Shown piece by piece: positions 13,881 to 29,138 of a stretch of 64,000 nt of DNA; the first letter of the stretch is position 1, and every line of letters begins with the position of its first letter. The notes beneath the pieces are model-generated. The model ran no database searches, had not been told where the DNA came from, and saw nothing but the letters and a program-made list of their open reading frames with translations. The stretch is taken from NCBI RefSeq assembly GCF_009914755.1, contig NC_060929.1. One strand, given 5' to 3'. The translations under genes were made by a program, and so were the position numbers. Source of the stretch: the human T2T-CHM13v2.0 reference genome, Homo sapiens.

Positions 13881-15550
13881 AACATTTTACCTATTTTATA
13901 TGCTAAATTTAAACTTAATCTTTTTGGGACTTAATATATATCCATGCACATCGAGCATATTTTAAATTCAGAAAGGAAACCAATATGCCAGCAGAAATAA
14001 AACAAATATTCTTGTTTTCAAATAAAGATCATTTCTTTATGAGAAAGATGAAAATTAACGATCTTTTAGAGATAGTTCAATGTTAGCCACTCACAGTCAC
14101 AGGTTTAAACCGTGAAGTTAGTGTTTATTTTTATGAATCTAAAAACAATTGTTCCCAGCCATGGCATGAAGTCTTCATATTGCCCCAACCCACATAAACA
14201 CACTAGAAATTTTCATTCTTAGGGAGGGATAGGGAGGCTGGGGGCTACTGAATGGACATTTTGTTAGTTAAGAGCTCACTCACAGGCTGAAGGAGTGTGG
14301 AATAGGTCCACCATTAGCTATTCTGGCCATACCTCTCTTAGAGATTGGGGTCCTGGTTACCAACGAAGGACCATGTGGCCATATCCAGAGGGTTGGAGCA
14401 GGTCTCAGGGCCCATTGCCTGGCACACCTCCTCCCAGAATTCCTGAGGTATAACCTTCTCAGGAAGATAGCAGAGCTCTTTTCTAACACTCCGCTATTTC
14501 TGGAGAGTAGTGAGTATATTCCCCTCCAGGCCTTTTCACTTTTATTCAGAAACACAGGGAAAATAATAAAAGTCTGTCTGTATTATGACTAGCTACAACA
14601 GGTGGGGGTTTTCTTTGCAGTAATATTTTCAAGTGGTATCACCTAGCAGCTGGATTCCTTTGCCTTAACAGAATTGGCACCCTAAAAGCAAAAGAGATGG
14701 AAGCACTGGGAGTGATAAACTTTGTCAGTTTAGAATCAATTTAGATCAGTTTAAAACCATTCAAACTTGACACATTCAAAAGCTTTCAATGCTATCCACT
14801 AAGAAATCATATTTGAGGAATTTTTTTCCATTAAACATTTAGTCTGGCTTAAATATAGTAAGATGCTAATCTTTTCGAAACTTGTTTTTCTTTCTTTTTG
14901 TAAAAGTCAGTTGAGTTTAATATAACAAAAGGGCTGAATACCAGAGGTAGAGAAGGAAGTGTCCCAGGCTTGGTTTCAAGACAACTAGGTCCTGGATTCT
15001 ACAACTAAGTGATTTTGTGACCTTGAGCATTACTAGCCATTGTGAGCCTCATTTATAAAGGAGGGATAAAGATTAAAATTATGAAATCTTTCTGTAAGTA
15101 ATTGGCACACAGAATAGACGTTCAATAAATGTTAACTCTGTAGCCTAGGAGTGATCTGGTTACAAGCTTTGTTAAAACTCCTTCTTTAAGGAAATGTAAA
15201 AATAAATTGGTACTGTCAAAGCTTTTATGCCCAGGCCATGTAGAGATTATCTTCCTTCCAAAGAAACTAAAATGGATTGAGAAGACAAATATCATTCCAA
15301 GGAAAGGCTAGAAGTCTGCAAAATTATACAATTGTACTTTAGTGCACCAAAGATTAAAAATAATGCAGTCAGAATAACATTTATTTCATCTACCAGAATC
15401 TTACCCTATTTCTTGCCTTTGATTAGTTTAAGAATAGGAAACTAAGATAGTACAGACTTATAAAGATATAACGTATTTATAAATATGTATCTTTGCATAT
15501 GCAAATTATAATATACATATTTTAAAAGTTTGCTTCAGTGAAATTTAGAG

Positions 15551-15785
15551 CATGAGCAGACAACCTATTTTTGGTGAAGAGTCAGAGATAATAAAGTTTT
15601 TAGCTTTTGCTGGCCACACAAGCTCTGTAGTGACTACTTGACTCTATCATGGTATGGCAAAAGCAGGTCTCAGGGCCACAGACAATAGTAAATAATAGGA
15701 TATGATTGCGTTCCCATAAAACTTTATTTACATAAGCAGGTAGTGGGCAGGATTTGGTCTGTAGGACACAGTTTGTTGAACCCTG
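15551..15785 (+). mobile_element. MER58A-like hAT MITE
   Basis: ttcccataaaactttatttac...gggcaggatttgg...agtttgttgaaccctg; flanks atttagag / gcctagag resemble an 8-bp hAT TSD. Confidence 0.75.
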
Positions 15786-16574
15786 GCCTAGAGCATGATA
15801 TAGAGTATGCTTACAAACTGGGCATAATTAAGATAACTATTCTAGAGGAAAAAGAATGTATATGCTTAGATTAACTCAGCAATTACATAAACACAACTGT
15901 AGTACATACATCTATTCTTTTAACATCAAGGCTTGCTGAGTTGAAAAAAAAATGGTATGGTTCTCTAACTATATTCTGTTGAGTTGCTGGTGTGTAAATC
16001 ACATTGTAACTGGCCACTATTACTTTTTGGAGTTCTAACATATGCTTATTTGCACATTAGGGTTTACTGTTTTTCTGTGATAGACAAATACTGAAATTTG
16101 ATTCAGATCCATTACACAAATGGCCAAGACAGGATATTCTGTGAATTTCCTGGGAAGTATATTCAAGTATCACTTACCTGACAGCATCTGAGCCATTGTG
16201 TTATAAGGAATTTCCTGCAGGGATTGAATTAGTTAGGCTTAGCCCTCAGTGGTTTTGTAACTATTTCCCGCATTCACCTTAAACAATGCCTTTTAGAAGT
16301 GGTTTTTGGGTGATTCTTTTTCTCCAGGAAGAGATTACAAATAATGAAATGATTAGACCATTAGAGAATTTAAATCAGTAGAGAATGCTAATTTCTTTTT
16401 TTGTCATAGTAACAGAGCAAGCCAACTTAATCAGTGCCCTGACAAAGCATCCAGCACCAACACATACATTAGAAAGGTATCTAGTTCCTCACCATTTTGG
16501 TATTCTAATTTTATAAATTTCAATTCTATTCCATTTTGAGAGTATCTAGGGATCAGAACCTTTATGGAAGACTA

Positions 16575-16758
16575 CTAACTAGGTAAACACTATTACCTAG
16601 CTTAAGAGACCCTAAAATGTCAGTGACTTCATACCACAATGGTTTATTTTGCTCATGTATCTCATTCCTGTGTGAGTTAGATGACCCCAATCCCTCCTGT
16701 ACTATGCCCTTGGGAACACACATCTCTATGGTTACAGTCAAAGGAGAGAGTTGTAGAT
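16575..16758 (-). mobile_element. Old MLT1-type (ERVL-MaLR) LTR, interrupted by L1PA; continues at about 18265-18420
   Basis: cagtgacttcataccacaatggtttattttgctcatg on the left; ttcattgatgagaaccagcccacatggc on the right of the L1. Confidence 0.55.
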
Positions 16759-16774
16759 AGAAAACGGCACACTT

Positions 16775-18248
<1,474 letters not shown>

Positions 18249-20908
18249 AGAAAATGGCACACTTGCTCTTGACTCCCTTGGCCGGAGGTGGAGGTAATAC
18301 ATTGTTAGTTCTGATCCTTGTTCATTGATGAGAACCAGCCCACATGGCTTCCACCTACTGCTAGGGACTCTGGGACATACAGACAAGCACATAATTATTT
18401 GGTGATATTTGGTGAGCCCTAACTGCCGCAGAAAAACTTTTGAAGCATTTAGTTCTCTCCCGAGACCAGAAATCAATCAGGTAAACATGAATAAGAAATT
18501 TATAGTATTATCTCAGTTTTTTTTTATTGGCTTTAACAAGAGCATATGCTGGGAGGATATTTGCTATATTCTGCTAGTTTCCCCAATTTAAGGTTGTCTG
18601 TTTTGATTAAAACCCCTTAGCCTAGTGGAAAGATGAAACTCTCATCTATTTAGTCCTTAATATCTCTATCACTAAATGGATAGGTTTCATGTACTCTTCA
18701 GTATTGATAGCCTACTTTCTAAGTGTGTGTGTGTATGTGCATGTGTTTCTGCCATTACAGTCATTGTATGAAACAATTATGTATTCTGACAACAGCTAGC
18801 ACAGATTTATCTATTTAATAAATGTTGGTTGATTAATAGATAAAGGCACGTTTATATATACCAGCAAATACGAAGACTTGGATTCAGTAAAGTTTGATAC
18901 CATTCAATAGCATTAAGATTAAGGATGACTGTGACGGCCTTTAGTTTGCATTTTTAGACTGCTTAATTTGGGTCAATGTTTCTCAAAGTTATCTCCAGTG
19001 GTCTAAACTGTTAAATCTGTTCCGAAGTCTAGGAACCTATGTCAGTCAAAAAAGTATGTTTTTAGACAGCTCTCCTCACCCCATTCCGTGTGAAGATGGC
19101 CCCACTGATATTCATAAAAAATAAGAATATTCCCTCCCAATGAATGTTGCTATAAGGAAATTTGCTCATACAGAATTGGTAAATGGAAAAATGATGTCAC
19201 TATAATACATAAGTCACTATAATTCAGTTTTCCCTAGCACCTTAATGTTTATACTACCAATGCCACCACTTGAATGCCAAATACACTAAGAGTTGGACAC
19301 AGTAAGCATATACTCATACAGTATTGTAAGGAATTCCCATTCTCCTTGTATTCTTCCTCTTTGCCTAGTTTTGCTGTGTGTGATTTCTTGGAAGGGCTTA
19401 TATAATTGGCCCCAAACTTAGTTCATTTTGCCCTTGTCCCCACAACTATTCAGCCTTAACATTTTCTTACTTCATTCCACTGTAATCATTTATTTAGTAT
19501 AGAATTTATTAGGAATCTAAATGCCTTTAAAATTACGCTAGTATTTTTATTTGAGTTGTTTCGACTTTATGTTTTAGCTAAAAAGGTGTATGGACTTTGA
19601 GTTGACTGCCCCAACTCTGTTTTTATCATAAGCTGTATGATTTTTATGTGTGATTTTGTAGAAAACACAAGATTGCTTTTAGGAATGAATATATCACATT
19701 ATAATAGAAATATCTGTTTTCTTGCAACTTAAATTGCATATATTTTATGAATGGAAGAATGTCAACAACAAAATTGGCAATGGGACTATTTGAGAATTTG
19801 CCATGTGGAGGCCGTTTCCTGACCTTTTATCCTTTATATGCTAGAGTGCTTTAGAGTTTCCAAATGGTGTTCATATGTGGAATTTTATGTCAATCCTTGA
19901 ACAATACTACAAGGATCATTATTAACATTTCTACTTGATAGACTTGGAAATCAAGGCTCAGAGGAGACAAATGTTTTGCCTACAGTAGATTGGTGACAAC
20001 ATTCTGGCTATAATTAGTTACTCTATTCAAATAAACATATTTGAGCTTCGATTTTACTTAGGGCACTGGGGATACAAAGATAATTAAAATGAAACTCAGT
20101 CCTCATCCAACCAGTTGCCTCTCTTCTTCCTCCCACTGATTCAGGGACACTTCCGTTTGGACTGGGCAGAGCTAGACAATCTCAAACTCATAGAGGCATC
20201 TGCATTGCTAGTTTCCTAGAAGAGCTGGAGGCTGAGTATCCGGACTGCTCTGCATAGGGGATATGGGACACTTAGGTGGCTCCTGGCCAAGTGGCCCAAG
20301 CCTGTTGCTGACTGGAAGTCTGTCACTTGGCTCTCCTCCCTCGCCAGTTCGTATTGTAGCCTTTACCCTTGACACTGTCTCACCCAGTGGAAACACAGCT
20401 GCAAGAGCTGCAGAAGGCCTATTACTTCTAATCTTTCTGCTTCGTATGATCGGTAATTACACCCCAGGGACACATAATGAAGATGGTTCATCACTGCTTT
20501 TTATGTGCTTCATAGTGTGAGATAGTGGACTGGGAACTTGAATCAGAGCAAGAAAATTGTTTTCTGCTCTAGGTTTGGTCACTTAAACTAGCCACAGTAT
20601 ATTAGGCAAAATATTTCAACTGCTTGGGCATCAGTGTTCTCATCATTTGAGGACACTGTCTCATTAGATGGTCGAATAGGGACTTTTCCAGCTATAGCCT
20701 TCTGAGATTCCTCAAGGACACATCGAGTTTGTATTGCATGGTCAAAAGAGGGCTCCAAGGAACCAGGTCTAACAAGCTTTAAGGTGAGTGAGTTCTCTCA
20801 ATGGTGCCCCGACTTTCCTGACATCCTTCTGAATCTTAGACAAGCCTCGGAGAGAGATACTCATGGAATGACCAAAATGGTAGCACCAGATCTGTATGAG
20901 GTATTTAA

Positions 20909-21214
<306 letters not shown>

Positions 21215-21995
21215 AAATCATTTTAAATGGCGATGATTATGTCCAATAAGTCCATCTTATTCTCTTGGGCATCTCAACCTTTTCCTGCCTTAGGAAAATG
21301 GAGGTCCTCTAACTCCTGAGATCTTGTCACATGATCCTGCTGTAGGCAGAACCCACACCAGTTAAATGTTTATTTACTTGATCAATGTTTAGCCTGTGGT
21401 TGGCTTTTAAATATCCCAACGGAGACTGAGAAAGCAGTGCAGAGAGTGCTAAAATACAGACAAAGGAAAAGAAAGAATTGGAAACTAGGAGAAAACAAGG
21501 AAAAAAGAAGGGGAAAGTGCTTTCAGCATTTCTTTTCAACTTCCTCTACATGCTTAGAAAACAGAATTGACTTTTGTATGTCTGTGGTAGCTTTACAAAT
21601 AAATTAAACATATTATCAACGTTTGCCAATTTATTTTACAAGTATACGGAATATCATTAGCACATTCTGGTGATAGTATGTCAGATATTTAAAGAGCTCT
21701 AGCTTGAAGAAAATGGGCCTTACTTTAAGAGTGCTATATTTGTTTTATGTTCTCATACTTAATGATCTGGGACCTAATTTTCTTCAGCCCTGATTATGCT
21801 TTGTTTCATGACCTTTAATATATATATATAGTAATCATTAAATCAAATAATTATAAGTCACTTACCAAAGGAATTAAATATGGAAAATGCATTTGAATAT
21901 GTACATGATTCATCCACATTTTAATATCTATCCTTACTTCTGTTTCCTTTTGTCTCCCATTAATGATAAAATAGCTGAGAAGATTGTTCTCTCTT

Positions 21996-22299
21996 TTCTT
22001 TCTTTTTTTTTTTTTTTTTAGACGGAATCTTGCTCTGTTGCCCAGGCTGGAGCGGAATGGCATGATCCCAGCCTATGGTGACCTCTGCCTCCCGAGTTCA
22101 AGAGATTCTCCTGCCTCAGGCTCCCGAGTAGCTAGGATTAAAAGCATGTGCCACCACGCCCTGCTAATTTTTGTATTTTTAGTAGAGATGGGGTTTCACA
22201 TGTTGCTCAGGCTGGTCTTGAACTTCTGACCTAAAGTGATCCGCCTGCCTTGGCCTCCCAAAGTGCTAGGATTACAAGCATGAGCCACTGTGCCCGGCC
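21996..22299 (-). mobile_element. Alu (S-like)
   Basis: Dimeric Alu; perfect 15-bp TSD agattgttctctctt at 21981-21995 and 22300-22314. Confidence 0.98.
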
Positions 22300-22639
22300 A
22301 GATTGTTCTCTCTTAATGGGCTGATAAGTAACCAAGTAAAACATATTGTACTTTTACCCCATGCTAGAGGCAGCAAGCCCAAGCTGCAGAATGCCCAATT
22401 ACACAATCCTCTATTAGCCACCAAAGAGAAGATACTTTTAAATTTGTATTACATTATTTAAATAGAAAAAATAAAGACAGAAGATCCTTTAAAAAGCAAA
22501 CTGGATAAATAGTACTTCAGAATTCTATATATTATTTGTTACAACTGCATGTAAACCTATAATTACCTCAAAATGAAAAGTTTAGTTTTTAAACAAAGCC
22601 TATTATTGTATGATTAAGGTGGATAATTGAGCTGCTTCT

Positions 22640-22990
22640 TATTTTTATTATAGTAAAATATACATAAAATAAAATGTATTATTTTAACTGCTTTAAAATT
22701 GTAATTCAGTGGCATTAAGTACATTTACAAGGTTGTGCAATATTGTGAACCACTGTCTGTTTCAGAACTTTTGTTACTACATCCAGTGGAAATTCTGTAT
22801 CTGTTACTCTTATTCCTCCCTTCCCTCTGCTCCTGGGAACTACAGATCTGTTTTCTGTTCCTATTAACATGCCGCTTTAAATAATATTTCATATAAATGA
22901 AATCAGACAATAAAAAGGTATTTTGTGTCTGGCTTCTTTCACTTAGTGTGATGTTTTCAAGATTCATTCATGTCATAGTATGTATCAGTA
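22640..22990 (-). mobile_element. L1M (L1MB-like) 3' end, left part, split by Tigger1
   Basis: aattcagtggcattaagtacattt...ttttgtgtctggcttctttcacttagt; the minus-strand ORF MNLENITLSERSQTQ is the L1 ORF2 tail. Confidence 0.85.
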
Positions 22991-25679
22991 TAGGCCCATC
23001 TTGTTTTAATGCACTTCACTTTATTGTGCTTCATAGATACTGCGTTTTTCACAGATTGAAGGTTTGTGGCCCACTCTTCACTTGAACAAGTAACAGCAAG
23101 TGCTCATTTTGTGTCTCTATGTCACATTTTGGTAATTCTCGCAATTTCAAAATTTTTCCTTATTATTATATCTGTTATGGGGCCTTGTGATCAGTGGTGC
23201 CAGGAACTGTGCCTATATAAGATGGAAATTTTGATAAGTGTGTGTGTTCTGACAGCTCCACTGACCAGCTGTTTCCTTCTCTCTCTCCCTTTTCTTGGGC
23301 CTCTCTATTGCCTGAGGCACAAAAGTATTGAAATTAGTCTAAAATAGGCAGGGCACAGTGGCTCATGCCCGTAATCCCAGCACTTTGGGAGGCCAACACA
23401 GGCAGATCACAAGGTCAGGAGATCGAGACCATTCTGGTCAACATGGTGAAACCCCGTCTCTACTGAAAATGCAAAAATTAGCTGGGCGTGGTGGCGCCTG
23501 CCTGTAATCCCAGCTACTTGGGAGGCTGAGGCAGGAGAATCGCTTGAACCAGGGAGTCAGAGGTTGCAGTCAGCTGAGATCATGCTACTGCACTCCAGCC
23601 TGGGTAACAGAGTGAGACTCTGTCAAAGAAAAAAAAAAAAAAAGGAAAGAAGTTAGTCTAAAATAACCTTACAGTGGCCTCTAAGTGTTCAAGTGAAAGG
23701 AAGTCACACATCTCTCACTTTAAATGAAAAGCTAGAAATGACTGCGCTTAGTGAGGAAAGCATATTGAAAGCCAAGATAGGCCAAAGCTAGGCCTCTTGG
23801 TCCAGTTAGCTGAGTCATGAATGTAAAGGAGAAGTTCTTGAAGAAAATTAAGTGCTACTCCAGTGAACACATGAATGATAAGAAAGCAAAGCAGCCTTAG
23901 TGCTGATATATAGAAAGTTGAGTGGTCTGGGAAGGTCAAACTAGCCACAACAGTCACTTAAGCCAAAGCCTAATCCAAAGCAAGATCCTAACTCTCTTCA
24001 ATTCTATGAAGGCTGAGAGAGGGGTGGAAGCTGCAGAAGAAAAGTTGGAAGCTAGCAGAGGTTGGTTCATGAGGTTTAAGGAAATAAACCATCTGCATAA
24101 CATAAAAGTGCAAGGTGAAGCAGCAAGTGCTGATGTAGAAGCTGCAGCAAGTTATCCAGAAGATCTAGCTAAGATAATTTGGTAAAAGTAGCTACACTGA
24201 ACAACAGATTTTTAGTGTAAATGAAACAGCCTTCTAGTGCAAGAAGGTGCCATCTAGGACTTTCATAGCTAGAGAGAAGTCAGTCTGGATTCAAAGCTTC
24301 AAAGGACAGGCTAACTCTTCTTAGGGGCTAATGTAGCTGGTAACTTTAAGGTGAAGCCAAAGCTTATTCCAAAAATCCTAGGGCCCTTAAGCACTATGCT
24401 AAATCTACCTACACTCTATAAATGGAACAACAAAACCTGAATGACAGCATATCTGTTTACAGCATAGTTAACTGCATATTTTAAGCCCATTGTTGAGATT
24501 TACTGCTGAGAAAAAGAGATTCCTTTCAAAATATTACTGCTCATTGGTGATATACCCAGTCACCCAAGAGCTCCAGTGGAGATGTACAGAGATAAATGTT
24601 GTTTCAATGACTTCTGTTACAAGATTCATTCTGTACCCATCTATCAAAAAGTAATTTTGACTTTCACGTCTCATTATTTAAGAAATACATTTCATAAGAC
24701 TATAGCTGTCATAGATAGTGATTCCTCTGATGGATCTAGGAAAAGTAAATTGAAAACCTCCTGGAAAGGATTTACCATTATAGATGCCATTAAGAACTTT
24801 TTTTTTTTTTTTTTGGTTTATGGGAGGAGGTCAAAAGATCAACATTAACAGGAGTTTAGTAGAAACTGATTTCCAACCCTCATGGATGACTTTAAGGAAT
24901 TCAAGACTTCAGTGGAGATAGTAACTGCAGATACGATGGGAATAGCAAGAGAACTGGAATTAGAAATAGAGCCTGAAAATGTGACTGAATTGCTGTGATC
25001 TCATGATAAAACTTCAGTGGATGAGTTGTTTCTCATGGGTGAGTAGAGAAAGTGGTGTCTTGAGATGAAATCAATTCCTGAAATCAACTCCTGGTGAAGA
25101 TGCTGTCAACATTGTTAAAATGACAACAAAGAATTTAGAATATTCCATAAACTTAGACGATAAAGCAATGTCAGGATTTGAGGATTGACTCTAATTTTGA
25201 AAGAAGTTTTTCTGTGGGTAAAGTGTGATACAAAAGATGCTCAACAGCATTAATCATTAGATATTCAACCGTGGGTAAAATTGCATGCTACAGAGAAATA
25301 TTTTGTAAAATGAAGAGTCAATTGATGTGGCAAACTTCATGGTTTTATTCTATTCTGAGAAATTGCCAGAGCCACTGCAGCCTTCAGCAACCACCACCCT
25401 GCCCAGTCAGCAACCATCACCATTGAGGCAAACCCTCCACCTGCAAAAAGATTATGACTCACTGAAGGCTCAGATGATTGTTAGCGTTTTTAATCAATAA
25501 ATTATTTTAAGACTAAGGTATGCATATTGTTTTTGTAGAAATAATGCTTTGTGTACTTAATAGATTACATTGTAGTTCAAACACAACTTTTATATGCACT
25601 GGAAGACCAAAAAATTTGCATCACTTGCTTTATTGCAGTGGTCTGGAACCAAACCCGCAGTATCTCTGTGATGTGCCTG
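22991..25679 (+). mobile_element. Tigger1 (TcMar-pogo) DNA transposon, near full length, transposase disrupted
   Basis: TA at 22989-22990 and 25680-25681; ends taggc.../...gcctg. Transposase remnants include ASKCSSERKS from about 23677 (start codon reads GTG) and [10 protein letters not shown]...[11 protein letters not shown]...[21 protein letters not shown] (CENP-B-type HTH), with stops and frameshifts. Confidence 0.95.
23347..23648 (+). mobile_element. Alu (S-like) inserted in Tigger1
   Basis: Dimeric Alu with A tail; TSD ttagtctaaaata at 23334-23346 and 23653-23665. Confidence 0.97.
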
Positions 25680-26230
25680 TACTTCATTCCTTTTTCATAG
25701 CTGAATAATATTCTATTGTATGGATATACCACATTTCATGTATCTATTTAGCAGTTGATGGACATTTGAGTCATTTCCACCTTTTTGGCTATTGTGAATA
25801 TTACTGCTATGAACAATTGTGAACAAGTTTTCTCTGAACATATGTTTTCAATTCTTTGGGGGTGATATACCTAGGAATAGAATTGTTGACTTGTAGGGCA
25901 ACTCTATGTGTAACTTTTTGAAGAACTGCCAAACTGTTTTCCATAGCAACATTACCACTTTACATTCCCACCAACAATATATGAGAGTTCCAATTACTAC
26001 ACATCCTTGTCAATCCTTATTTTCTGTTTTTGTGTTTTTTTTATTATGGCCATTCTACTGGCTGTGAAGTGATATCCCATTGGGGTTTTAATTTACCTTT
26101 CCCTAATAATTAATGCTGTTGAGCATCTTATTATGTGCTTATTGGCCATTTGTGTAACTTATTTGGAGAAATCTCTATTAATATTTACTCATTTTTTAAT
26201 TGGGTTGCTTGCCTTTTTGTTGTTGAGTTG
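25680..26230 (-). mobile_element. L1M (L1MB-like), right part
   Basis: Continues the left part seamlessly (gtatcagTA|cttcattccttttt); gttgatggacatttgag...ttacattcccaccaacaa. Confidence 0.88.
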
Positions 26231-26382
26231 CTTCTTATTTTAAAAGAAATCAGACTCAAGAGGACTTTAGTTGCATGGGAAATATTCTAGGTCTGGGTGA
26301 TGGTTTCATGGATGTGTTCACTTTGTGATAATTTGTGCACTTATATATTTCTCAAAAATGAGCATGTGTTTCCTTTCTTGAA

Positions 26383-26880
26383 TGTATTAGTTTCCTAGAG
26401 CTACTGTACCAAATTAGTACAAACATTAGTGGCTTAAAACAATATATTGTCTCACATTTCTGGAGGCCAGAAGTCCAAAACCAAGATGTTGGCAGAGCCA
26501 TACTCCTTCTGAAGCCTCTATGGGAGAATCATTCCCTGCCTTTTCCAGTTTCTGATGGTTCCTGGCAATCCTTAGCATTGCATGGCTTCTTGACACTTGA
26601 TACTAATCTCTAACTTTGTCTTCACATGGTCTTCTTTCTCCCTCATGTTTCTGTTTTTGTATATAGGTATCTTAAATACTCCTCTCCTTTCTCTTATAAG
26701 ATTACCAGTCATTGAATTTTGGCCCCACCATAAAAAACAGGATGATCTCATTTAGACATCCTTAACTTAAATACTTCTGTAAAGAACCTATTTCCAAATA
26801 AGGTCACATTTACAGATACCGATACCGGGGATTAGGACTTAGACAAATTTGTGTGGGGGAACACAATTCAGCCCACTATA
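26383..26880 (-). mobile_element. MLT1C-like solo LTR (ERVL-MaLR)
   Basis: tgtattagtttcctag...tctggaggccagaagtccaaaa...cctatttccaaataaggtcacatt...acacaattcagccc. Confidence 0.88.
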
Positions 26881-26948
26881 ATGAACATATATTAGGCTTC
26901 AGTTTTTAAAAGATGGCTTTAAAAAACAAAATGGAAAACAATTTTACT

Positions 26949-27116
26949 GGTCAGATGTGGTGGCTCATGCCTATAATCCCAGCACTTTGGGAGGCCGAGG
27001 TGGGTAGATCACTTCAGGCCAGGAGTTCAAGATGAGTTTGGTCAACATAGTGAAACCTCTCTTTACCAAAAAAAAGTAATAATGATAATAAACATTTAAC
27101 AAAAAGAAAAAAGAAA
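26949..27116 (+). mobile_element. Alu left monomer (FLAM-like) with A-rich tail
   Basis: gtggtggctcatgcctataatcccagcactttgggaggccgagg... followed by an A-rich tail and no right arm. Confidence 0.9.
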
Positions 27117-28790
27117 ACTACTTTAGAAAAATGTGGTAGTCTAGGTTTCTGAGTCAAAATATCTGTAGGTTAAGGAGGAAAAAAAATTCACGGGATGCTC
27201 ACCACCATAAAAGTTAGAAATTCTTAATTTTTGAAAAATGATCTCACTGTTTAAAAAGCACAGTTAGATGGAAAAGGGGACTTATATAAAAAAGACTTTC
27301 AAAGGATATTTATCTGTTGTGGGTTTTTTTTTCATTTTTTGGAGAGGAAGCTAATGAAAACAGTTCAATACTCATTTATGTAGAGAATATCTTTCAAGAC
27401 ATTAAAAAGCATATTTTTAGTATTGCCAAATACAGAGATTTCTATTAAAATTTCCAGAAGACATTTTTTTGTGTGTGTTCACACTGTTACCCATGGCACA
27501 TTCCTGGTTTTTTGTTTTTGTTTCTGTCCTTAAGTGATCAATAATATTGGTATTTGGTCATTTTGAACATTGTGATCCTTACCTTTGGACTTGTTAACAA
27601 CTGGCTGAGGATTCAAGGCATAAAAGGAATATTATGCTTACTATTGAGCCTCAGCACCTTTGTATTTTAATATGACATGTGGCTGATGATCAACCTTGCT
27701 GGGTCTCATTTCATATATCAGTTAAATAAATATATGAATGAAGTAATATTTTCTTCCCAAGAGTGATATTTGATTCAATAGATTAAAAGTTATTTGAGTC
27801 CCTAAACATAAAAAAGCCAGTAGGGTATAGTAGCTCTGTGGCAAGCAATTTTAGTATCAGAACACATGAATTTAAAACTTTGGACAATGGCCTTATTCAG
27901 AACACTAAAAGCTTAGAAGCCTACTCTTTAGATTGTAGTGCTATTTTGGAGGCATATCTTTTTTCTTTTTTTCTCTCAGTTTTTCTTTTTTGGATAGTAT
28001 TCCCTGTTAAGAAACAGATGATGAGGCTTTAATTCAGTACATTCTCAAATTGTTCCCACTACAAAACTTATTTCAAAGATAAACTTTGGAAGTTTTCATA
28101 GGTAGGACTGTAAGAATGTTTTAAATAAATCCTAATCATTTTACCAGAGAGTATACCTTAAAACAAATTTTTCTGGCTTTATTTGACAGGTTTTTTTAAA
28201 AAAATAACTTAGTCATTTTTAAGTTGATTGTAGTTCATCCAGAAAGTTACTCCATGTTGGTAAAAGGTTAAAAATTAAGAGAGTCCAATTTTTGAAAATT
28301 TTCACAAAGTTCTTTTTATACTTTTAAATTAGTCAAAGGCCAAGTATTTCATAAAGTGTTGATGTAAATTGTGTTACTGATCTTTGATCATAATGTGGAA
28401 TAGTAGTTGCACTCAAGATATGAAGGAAAAATATGTTACAGGGTTTGGCTTTGAAATAACTGACATACAGCAGAGGCACTCACCCTAACATACTTTCCAT
28501 CTATACGCCAGGCAGGGCTGTCAGTTTGTGGAAAGGCAAACTGGGACCTCCCTCAGCTCTGCCCTCCTAATAAGACCATCCTGACACAAAGCAGCAATTA
28601 TTCTTTGATGACATCACCACCGTCTTGCCCTTATTTTTATGTGCATAATGGAAGATTTCAACTTTAAATCTGACCTAGCCATGAAAGTCAGTGTGAGTCC
28701 TGCATCATGTTTTCATCCTGCTATGTTTTTACTTTCTGGTAGTGCTTTTAACACAGAGAGTTTCCAACTTGAAATATAGAGACCTTTTAG

Positions 28791-29138
<348 letters not shown>

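Noticed and set aside
23674-25000. Possible domesticated TIGD/CENP-B-like gene
   Set aside because: The start is mutated, there are several stops and frameshifts, and both transposon ends remain, so it is a decayed Tigger1.
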